IMG/VR virus record: IMGVR_UViG_3300048762_000252
Location: 1 to 64,000 of that record
DNA length: 64,000 nucleotides
Strand: one strand, 5' to 3'
From: a virus
Lineage: Duplodnaviria; Caudoviricetes
Shown: positions 57,547-64,000 of the stretch, in pieces
Numbering within the stretch: position 1 is the stretch's first letter
Layout: each line of letters opens with the position of its first letter
Notes under the pieces: model-generated
What the model was told of the DNA's origin: nothing
The model's database searches: none
What the model saw: the letters and a program-made list of their open reading frames with translations, nothing else
Translations under genes and position numbers: made by a program

Positions 57547-57954
57547 ACTTTACCACTGTTCTCTGAACTTGTCAAGATCTAAAATAGCCATGATAACTCG
57601 CCTTGCGGCGCAAAGTGTTATCCAAGGTACGATCTTTCAACCGCACAATCATCATGGCTCCTGGTTCGATGTTTCCATCAACCATCTTCTTTACTCTACC
57701 ACGGATATTAAATCCTGTCAAGTCCTATGTTTGGCCGATGTGGTGTACGACGCATCGGCCAACAATTTGAACGGGAACCTCAAATGAGCGGCAGCGACCT
57801 CACACACCGTTCGTTGCGTGACCGCATCATTCGACTCGGCTTGACCGCCCCGCATTACCGGGTAGAGCCGATTCACCATCAGCGGCGTTTACCTTGCGAT
57901 CTGGAAAACCGGATGGCTCAATTTCAATATAACACAAAGCCGGAATGCTGTCAA
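57547..57954 (-). promoter_or_regulatory. Three tandem sigma70-type promoters upstream of the tRNA array
   Basis: TTGACA-17-TATATT (57954), TTGACA-17-TAGAGT (57721), TTGACA-17-TAAAGT (57575). Confidence 0.75.
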
Positions 57955-57992
57955 GTCGGCTTATGAAGATATTCATAATCTAAATATAGCCT

Positions 57993-58402
57993 ATGATTTG
58001 TAACACATGCAAAAAGCCACTTGTTGGGCATCAAACAAAATACTGTTCAGTACGATGCAAAACACCGATACCAATCAAAAACACAATAATTATCAAGCGC
58101 AGAAGAAGCGTGCTCTCCTTAGAAAAATTGAATTTGTTCGTATGCTAGGAGGCAAGTGCGCCGTTTGTGGATATCAAAAAAATTTAGCAGCACTCACTTT
58201 TCACCACAATGATCCAAATCTCAAAGAGTTTGAATTTGATCGAAGAGTACTGTCAAATTTTAATTCTGAACGACTGTTATTAGAGATCCAAAAATGCACG
58301 TTACTTTGTTCTAATTGTCATGCTGAACATCACAATTCAGATAAAGAATTTTGGTGGGTCTCTTCCACGTCGTCTCGCACAAAAACATCTGTACGCTTGT
58401 AG
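57993..58402 (+). pseudogene. HNH endonuclease (tRNA-associated family) split by a -1 frameshift
   Basis: MICNTCKKPLVGHQTKYCSVRCK in one frame, HNH core in another; shift at the A4 run 58059-58062. Confidence 0.7.
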
Positions 58403-58563
58403 ACGGCATGAATGATCTTTGGTCTTTTTGCCAAGTCGCCATCATAAGGGCATTCATAATCGCACAGGCCGTTCTCGATTACATAACCACATTCACCACA
58501 TACATCAACTACGAATTCTCGTTCTGTAACTTGTCCTGGAGTTGGTCTCGGTATCGGTATCAT
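58330..58563 (-). CDS. Small Zn-finger hypothetical protein
   Basis: CGECG...CDYEC; coupled to upstream ORF. Confidence 0.55.
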   Translation of the reverse strand: MIPIPRPTPGQVTEREFVVDVCGECGYVIENGLCDYECPYDGDLAKRPKIIHAVYKRTDVFVRDDVEETHQNSLSEL

Positions 58564-58958
58564 AGTTTCACCAATTCTTTATTATACTCCACGCACCCGG
58601 CGCAAAGCAACATCAAGCTGTAAGTCCGGGCTTTACCGCTCTTTTTGATTTCTGTGAGCGTTACCGGCTCTTTTTCTCCGCACAGTTCACAAGGTTCAAC
58701 TTCTTCTAAAATCAACCGTGGGCAAAGCTCATGAAATTGTGCTGTGCATTTTGTGACGTAGCCCATAACACTAAGAATTATTTGTCGTGGCGCTGGTGGA
58801 ACGAACGCCACGATACGATAATCTTCTGGTACCAAAAGCTCTTCGAGAGGCATTCGGTACATGTCCCAAACTGTGATGCCGTTATAGTTCATTGCTGGTA
58901 ATTTCATCCAGCATAATAGCATACAATTCGGTTTTTGACAAATCCTGGTACTTGTCAC
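58560..58958 (-). CDS. Hypothetical protein
   Basis: ORF with CELC..CAGC; start uncertain. Confidence 0.55.
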   Translation of the reverse strand: MTSTRICQKPNCMLLCWMKLPAMNYNGITVWDMYRMPLEELLVPEDYRIVAFVPPAPRQIILSVMGYVTKCTAQFHELCPRLILEEVEPCELCGEKEPVTLTEIKKSGKARTYSLMLLCAGCVEYNKELVKL

Positions 58959-59042
58959 GCCGTTTTTTGTTTCCGTACAACACCGAGATGATTCGATTAG
59001 AAATCCGATCCGCCAAATTCTTTTCCGCTTCCGTTGCTTCTC

Positions 59043-59291
59043 TCATAATTTTTTACCATTTAAGTTCTTAGCTACCCGCTGCACAAGTTTTCGATCTTCG
59101 TTCGTTCTTTTTCGAAATGCTACGTTCGTCCAATATTTTGGATAAAACCAAATCCACCAACTGAGTTTGTCTTTTGCTCTATGATAAAAACATGTTGTCT
59201 TGGGTGTACATCGACACGGATATAGGAAGAACCCAATGCGGAGTTTCCAATCGTAATACCCTCTTAACAATCGTTTCCTATCTTGTTTCAT
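59043..59291 (-). CDS. Hypothetical protein
   Basis: ORF in minus-strand operon. Confidence 0.5.
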   Translation of the reverse strand: MKQDRKRLLRGYYDWKLRIGFFLYPCRCTPKTTCFYHRAKDKLSWWIWFYPKYWTNVAFRKRTNEDRKLVQRVAKNLNGKKL

Positions 59292-59466
59292 AAATCAATT
59301 AGATGAAAAGCAATCATACAAGGGCCAACAGCGATTCCCCAAATACGGATACGCCGTCCGTTGACATTGCTACAGTAGGAATTTCTAGTTCCTCTGTAAA
59401 ACTTTGGTCTGTGTGAAAGAATGGTCTTTATGTATCTCCACATTCAAAGTCTCCAAGCGCCGCTTT

Positions 59467-59829
59467 TCAATCATTCATACGAAAAATCATTTCTGAAATC
59501 AAGAAAATCAAAAATGCAAGTTGTTTGGCATCATTTGGTGTTGAAGTCTCCCGCATCATGCGCTCTTTATACTCAAATATTTGTTTATATTGATCACGCA
59601 CGGCATTTACCTTTGCCACACTTTCAACGTCCTGGCTTTCAACCACTGTTGATGCTTCGCTCGATTTGAATTGTTCGATGTTATCGAGACAAAAGCGAAC
59701 TGCTCGTCTGATGAACTCCGATCTATTTAATTCCGGGAGTTGTTCTTTGATTACTTGATCCATCGCCGCAGTTAGCGTGGATGAAAGCCTCAATAATATC
59801 TTATCGTCTTGTATTTTTTGTCCAGCCAT
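59467..59829 (-). CDS. Ribbon-helix-helix (CopG/MetJ-like) DNA-binding protein
   Basis: ILLRLSSTLTAAMDQVI...NRSEFIRRAV; GAGG RBS. Confidence 0.8.
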   Translation of the reverse strand: MAGQKIQDDKILLRLSSTLTAAMDQVIKEQLPELNRSEFIRRAVRFCLDNIEQFKSSEASTVVESQDVESVAKVNAVRDQYKQIFEYKERMMRETSTPNDAKQLAFLIFLISEMIFRMND

Positions 59830-60155
59830 AATACCTCTAGTTGTTTAATCTAGTGGTATATATCACGGCTATTTTCCGATATGTCTATGAAAACCTTCCA
59901 TCATCACGACAAAGAGACAACCGGCTAATAATCCTGCAATAAGTGATTTGATTAGCTCCATTTTATCCTGCGTCATACATTCTGATGTAAGTGCCGCAAT
60001 CGGCGCAATGCACATCACCGTCTCGCCACATTTCATCATAGTTTCTCACTTCATAATTCCTGCTGCCACACTTCGGGCAAGCTTTGTAATCGTTCACTGC
60101 ATGTCCAATCGAACCGTCGTCTTTCATCTAATTGTCTCCGTGCATAAATATCTTT

Positions 60156-60542
60156 ATGAACTGCATCATGTGTCAATGCTCATTTGACTTTAAAAAAGAC
60201 AAAAAATTTTGTTCTCTTAAATGTAAGAATAAGTTTCATGGAAACTCTGAATTTCAAATTCAACGTGGACTGAAAAGAAAAATCAAATACATTAACGAAC
60301 GAGGCGGCGGATGTCAAAAATGTGGATATAATAGAAATTATGCAGCATTATGTTTTCATCACCGAGATCCTACATTAAAAATATTTGAAGTTGAATTGAA
60401 TAAAATTTCATGCCTTTCTCAAGAAAGAGTTAACGCCGAAGTCCAAAAATGTGATATTCTTTGCCATAATTGTCATATAGAAACACATTTTCCAAAGTAT
60501 ATGGTACCCGGCCATGGAATCGAACCATGTTCTAGTCGATAA
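60156..60542 (+). CDS. HNH endonuclease (tRNA-associated family)
   Basis: GGGCQKCGYNRNYAALCFHHRDP...KCDILCHNCHIETH; CATAAATA 5 nt before ATG. Confidence 0.88.
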   Translation: MNCIMCQCSFDFKKDKKFCSLKCKNKFHGNSEFQIQRGLKRKIKYINERGGGCQKCGYNRNYAALCFHHRDPTLKIFEVELNKISCLSQERVNAEVQKCDILCHNCHIETHFPKYMVPGHGIEPCSSR

Positions 60543-60593
60543 TCTGTCGAGACCGCTTATAGGGCGGCTTGAGAAACCATCCTCCCACCGGGC
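60502..60593 (-). tRNA. tRNA with UAU anticodon (nominally Ile) and long variable arm
   Basis: GCCCGGT/GCCGGGT + ACCA; GCCGC-CCTATAA-GCGGT; 22-nt variable region; CATGG-TTCGATT-CCATG. Confidence 0.8.
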
Positions 60594-60598
60594 ACAAG

Positions 60599-60829
60599 TT
60601 ATTCACCGATGGTCAGTGATATGAGATGTTGCCGTCGTTCACGTTTGATGAGCGGCAGGATGCTGTACGAAAACAAGGCGCTGGCGAAGTTGGTAATGGC
60701 AGAGATGCCACCGACCATAACGCCAAACAGATCGTTAGTGAGGAAGGCCCACGCAAACAAAGCTACGCAAATAACGCCCAGGAAGGCGTTAAAGCGGTAG
60801 TCGAATTGTGGAAGCCGGTTCATATTCAT
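60599..60829 (-). CDS. Small two-TM membrane protein
   Basis: Two hydrophobic segments. Confidence 0.6.
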   Translation of the reverse strand: MNMNRLPQFDYRFNAFLGVICVALFAWAFLTNDLFGVMVGGISAITNFASALFSYSILPLIKRERRQHLISLTIGE

Positions 60830-61040
60830 TAGTGTACCATAAGATATTTAGTTCGTCAATATGTTCCGTCCAGCATCGATGGATCGTAACTGCCATCTGG
60901 TTCTTGCTCGATTGACAATCCTTTTTCTTTGTATTCTTGGATACGGCGTTGATACTCCGCTTTATGCTGTTCGTATTCTTCTTCGTTTTTTGCGTTTAAT
61001 GCGGCCAAATATGGCGTGCCGATATAAGTTCCCATCAATC

Positions 61041-61631
61041 TCATTTTGATTCTACCGGACAGCCAAGACAATATACTTTGGACGGCGTACTTAGCTTTAC
61101 ATTTAGTTCTTGTCGCAATCGCATAAGTAATTTACCAAGCATATTTTGTCCTGGTTTATTCTTACATCCTTGACATTTACAATCTCCATAAAAATTGTCG
61201 TGCCAAGAGTTAGATTCAATTAACATTGCATCGCCGGTATCGAGAAGCTTCTGTAATATGCCCCAATTCTGCGTAAATTTCGCTTTCAGGATATCGTACA
61301 TAATGTCCAGTTTGGTTTCTTCCCAATCTGGACGCAGTGTGACGCAGGACCCGGCTGTTTTGGCTTGTCCTGGAGTGGTAGGCATCTCACCGCCAGTTTC
61401 AAATACATACACCAGAACAGTTTTTTGTTCTACTGGATCGTCCGTTTTGGCCCATTGATAAGCGTGCTCCGATGTGGAGAATTTTTTGTTTCTCCATGTA
61501 AGAGGACTGATGTAGAAATTGCTTAGAAAGTCGTATTCATTTCGGAACGCATCAATAAAGACCTCTCCGAAGGAATTAGTGTGTTCGACAGGAAGGCTTG
61601 TCTGAAGATGTGGTTGCGGCTGCTGTTGCAT
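61041..61631 (-). CDS. NADAR family protein (YbiA / T4 gp30.3-like)
   Basis: FLSNFY, SEHAYQWAK, KFTQN, LLDTG..LIE.N.WHDNFYG, GQNMLGKLLM. Confidence 0.92.
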   Translation of the reverse strand: MQQQPQPHLQTSLPVEHTNSFGEVFIDAFRNEYDFLSNFYISPLTWRNKKFSTSEHAYQWAKTDDPVEQKTVLVYVFETGGEMPTTPGQAKTAGSCVTLRPDWEETKLDIMYDILKAKFTQNWGILQKLLDTGDAMLIESNSWHDNFYGDCKCQGCKNKPGQNMLGKLLMRLRQELNVKLSTPSKVYCLGCPVESK

Positions 61632-61688
61632 GAAGTAAGTATACCATGTGTTTTTATTTCGTCAATACATCGCTTTTTGCAAGATTTT

Positions 61689-62543
61689 TCAGGCTTTTTG
61701 CTCGCCGCTTTTCCAACTGCGCCAACATGATACGCAATTGGGAATAAAGACTTTCGACATGCGAAGGCGAGTCTCTTCAAGCTCTTCAAATTTCCACGAC
61801 AAAAAACCCATTGGCCAAGCTCCAAAATTACAATATGTAACTGCCCCGTTTTCGAGTACAGTCATTGATTGGTTGCTTTGGTGTGCATGACAATATGCGC
61901 CAAACATGCGGAGCATATCATCTCCAAGTTCGTTGTTGTAAGCACGTCCAACCGGAGCCACGGCCCGTTCTTCCTCTTTCGGATCTTTGGTCGCAGTGAA
62001 CCCCCAATCCTCTTTGAAACCTGGATTCTGTGATTCAAGCCATGCAAAGGCACGATCACCAACACCAGCCGGATGAAAACGATCTCGACTGATGCCAATG
62101 TAAATCGGAGGTCCAGACGAAGAGAGTTTACGAACTGTTGCCAAAAATTTCTGTCTTGGTTGCTCAAGAGTCACCCACCAGCCATTCGTTACGATACGAA
62201 GAGGAACAAAGTGCATCGCTTCGAGCAAATCGGGGTAGTTTGGAATAGTGGTTATCTCGCCGCCCATTACATTAAGCCAACTGACATGACCTTCAAAACA
62301 AGTGCGAACCTGTCTGGCAATTTCTACGGTCATTCGTTCATGCCGTTTTGGTCCGCATTCAAAACAACAATGGGCGCATTGATAGGGGCACTTAGTTGTC
62401 AGCCGTACCGTAATTACACGTCCCTTTGGCGGTGCGGTCAATTCAGACGACATAACCGGCTCGATGTCCTTTCCATAAACGGCTTTGTACCGGGCGACAA
62501 CTTCTTTCCAATCTTCCGGTGTAGCGCAACGAGTGCTTGCCAT
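61689..62543 (-). CDS. Radical SAM protein with C-terminal twitch/SPASM-like Cys cluster
   Basis: CPYQCAHC, MGGE, VTNG, GAVTYC...CVSC. Confidence 0.9.
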   Translation of the reverse strand: MASTRCATPEDWKEVVARYKAVYGKDIEPVMSSELTAPPKGRVITVRLTTKCPYQCAHCCFECGPKRHERMTVEIARQVRTCFEGHVSWLNVMGGEITTIPNYPDLLEAMHFVPLRIVTNGWWVTLEQPRQKFLATVRKLSSSGPPIYIGISRDRFHPAGVGDRAFAWLESQNPGFKEDWGFTATKDPKEEERAVAPVGRAYNNELGDDMLRMFGAYCHAHQSNQSMTVLENGAVTYCNFGAWPMGFLSWKFEELEETRLRMSKVFIPNCVSCWRSWKSGEQKA

Positions 62544-62637
62544 GATGATCTCGACATCATTGATGTCAACCAGACCAGATTATCGCTCACACAAAACGAC
62601 ACGCTAAGGCCGATGCGATATGGATTTATTGTCTGCT

Positions 62638-62865
62638 TTAAAAATACCGGTTATTCTGCCGCCAGTTGTTGTAGTAGGCAACTCGATTCAATAAAGTTGC
62701 CATGTTGTCAGAAATAGCCCAAATAATTACAACCACATCCCGGCCAAGCCAAATCTGCCAATGATCTTTTTCGTTGACCTTAATGACTCGAATGCGGATA
62801 GCCCGTTGCTTTTCACGAAAAAGAGCTTTCTTCGTCATTTCTAGATTTTCATCGTTTGTAGACAT
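62638..62865 (-). CDS. Hypothetical protein
   Basis: TAATG coupling with upstream gene. Confidence 0.55.
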   Translation of the reverse strand: MSTNDENLEMTKKALFREKQRAIRIRVIKVNEKDHWQIWLGRDVVVIIWAISDNMATLLNRVAYYNNWRQNNRYF

Positions 62866-63026
62866 TATTCAGTTCCTTCGACTTCCCGATCAAATTTATT
62901 CAGACAGTCGTTAGCGTCAGCGCCATGCTCTTCAAACAACTCATGGACGCTATCGCCCATTTCACAAAAAAGAAGCGCTCTGAGAGCTTTGATTTCACCT
63001 GGAGTCAAATTGAGTTCGTTTGCCAT
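62865..63026 (-). CDS. Small acidic protein (53 aa), leaderless; missing from ORF track
   Basis: TTGACA-18-AATAAT 5 nt before ATG; MANELNLTPGEIKALRALLFCEMG... Confidence 0.6.
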   Translation of the reverse strand: MANELNLTPGEIKALRALLFCEMGDSVHELFEEHGADANDCLNKFDREVEGTE

Positions 63027-63032
63027 GATTTA

Positions 63033-63160
63033 TTATTGCATAGATGCATCTGCTTTGTCAATAGATGCTTCTAAATAATTTGCAGCCGCCCGAAGAAGAG
63101 TTGGATTGTCCTCAAATTTGCCAATAGAAAGATTGCAACGGTCGCAGAGCAAACCACTAA
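63033..63160 (-). pseudogene. C-terminal remnant of an Endo VII-type homing endonuclease
   Basis: GLLCDRCNLSIGKFEDNPTLLRAAANYLE matches the end of 34523-34954; no start. Confidence 0.75.
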
Positions 63161-63636
63161 ATCCTTGATAAGCAATCACTTCCGTAGCCCGATAAAATCG
63201 ATTCTGGAACAGTCAACATTCGTCCGCAGCGTCCGCACTTACCAGCGTGCCAAACTTCCATTCTCGGTGTGTCCAGGCCAGCGTTGATGTGAGTAAAGGC
63301 CCAATTAAAACCAGCCACCGGAGCGGAATCCATCGTCAATTTCGATGCACGGGTGGTGAAAAATGTGAAACCGCTTGTGGTAGCCTTGATCTGGCCGATG
63401 TAGCTGTAATTCACCCAATTGTCAGGGCCGGTCAGATAGCTTACCATCCAAGACTCGCCGTATTTCTCGCTGGCGGGTTTGTGGGTCACTTTGAAAGTAT
63501 ACCGAGTGCCGCTTTTCAATGAGACCAGCGTGAAGATTGCCTTGCCAGCCAGCATGAAATTCTTGGCAGCGGCAGGAGATGCCAGCTTTGCAGCGGCGTG
63601 TACGGTGGCTTCGTTGCTTTCGATGTCGTTAAGCAT
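63157..63636 (-). CDS. DUF6011-like Zn-finger protein, leaderless
   Basis: CGRCGRMLTVPESILSGYGSDC; TTGCGT-17-TATTCT 6 nt before ATG. Confidence 0.75.
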   Translation of the reverse strand: MLNDIESNEATVHAAAKLASPAAAKNFMLAGKAIFTLVSLKSGTRYTFKVTHKPASEKYGESWMVSYLTGPDNWVNYSYIGQIKATTSGFTFFTTRASKLTMDSAPVAGFNWAFTHINAGLDTPRMEVWHAGKCGRCGRMLTVPESILSGYGSDCLSRI

Positions 63637-63703
63637 GATCCAAGAATAGCACAAAGACATCGAAAACGCAATAGATACACCTAAAAATTATGGTCCTTTA
63701 GAA

Positions 63704-64000
63704 TCAATAATTTGGATGGTTGCCATGTGAGTGCCCGGTTTCGGCAATATAGTCGGCTTCTTGAGACTCCATAAAAGCCATGTCATTGCTCTTCAGAAGC
63801 TCACCAGTCAATTCCTGGGTGGCATAGGCTACGATGCCTTCACCGTCCGCTTCAAGGGCGTAGGCAGCTTCTAATGCGAAATATAGAGGTTTGGTAAAGG
63901 TGACCGGCGCAAGCCATTCTGTAGCACCATTGTCGCCAGGAACTTCTTTCCAGCCAAGATGGAGTAAAAAGGTCTTCTTTGCAATGAATACCAAAAGGTT
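63704..64000 (-). CDS. Hypothetical protein (start may be outside window)
   Basis: Open frame at window edge. Confidence 0.5.
   Translation of the reverse strand, partial: NLLVFIAKKTFLLHLGWKEVPGDNGATEWLAPVTFTKPLYFALEAAYALEADGEGIVAYATQELTGELLKSNDMAFMESQEADYIAETGHSHGNHPNY

Noticed and set aside
60502-60593. Amber suppressor tRNA or stop-codon recoding
   Set aside because: Loop register gives UAU, not CUA; gp17 and gp18 end normally at TAG and core genes are intact in code 11

Overview
64 kb of a large T4-like (Tevenvirinae-related/jumbo) myophage genome in the standard genetic code. The + strand carries the virion morphogenesis block in T4 order: a >1,790-aa repeat protein (5' end outside the window), then gp13, gp14, gp15, gp16, gp17, gp18, gp19, gp20, gp67-like core genes, gp21, gp22 and gp23. 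These genes are driven by T4-type late promoters (consensus TATAAATA) and interleaved with about 13 free-standing homing endonuclease genes (GIY-YIG, LAGLIDADG, HNH). Two minus-strand accessory regions (17.4-23.3 kb and 51.8-64 kb) have sigma70-type, often leaderless promoters. They encode Ku, an SprT-like protease, NADAR, a radical SAM enzyme, an RHH regulator and a tRNA array. Two candidate novel systems stand out. (1) About 19 kb encodes apparent capsid-cargo polyproteins: dozens of small basic modules (Zn ribbons, ~10 HicA/dsRBD-like His-rich domains, ChaB-like helices) separated by prohead-protease-type hydrophobic-X-Glu sites, with gp67-like anchor helices or T4 IP-type capsid-targeting leaders. 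(2) The tRNA array holds structurally aberrant RNAs: two tRNA-Arg genes with no D-arm and a D-loop-like sequence moved 3' of the anticodon arm (with covariation), an Ala-identity tRNA-like RNA without a canonical anticodon arm, and a long-variable-arm tRNA with a UAU anticodon. All calls come from reading the sequence by eye; no database search or folding program was run.
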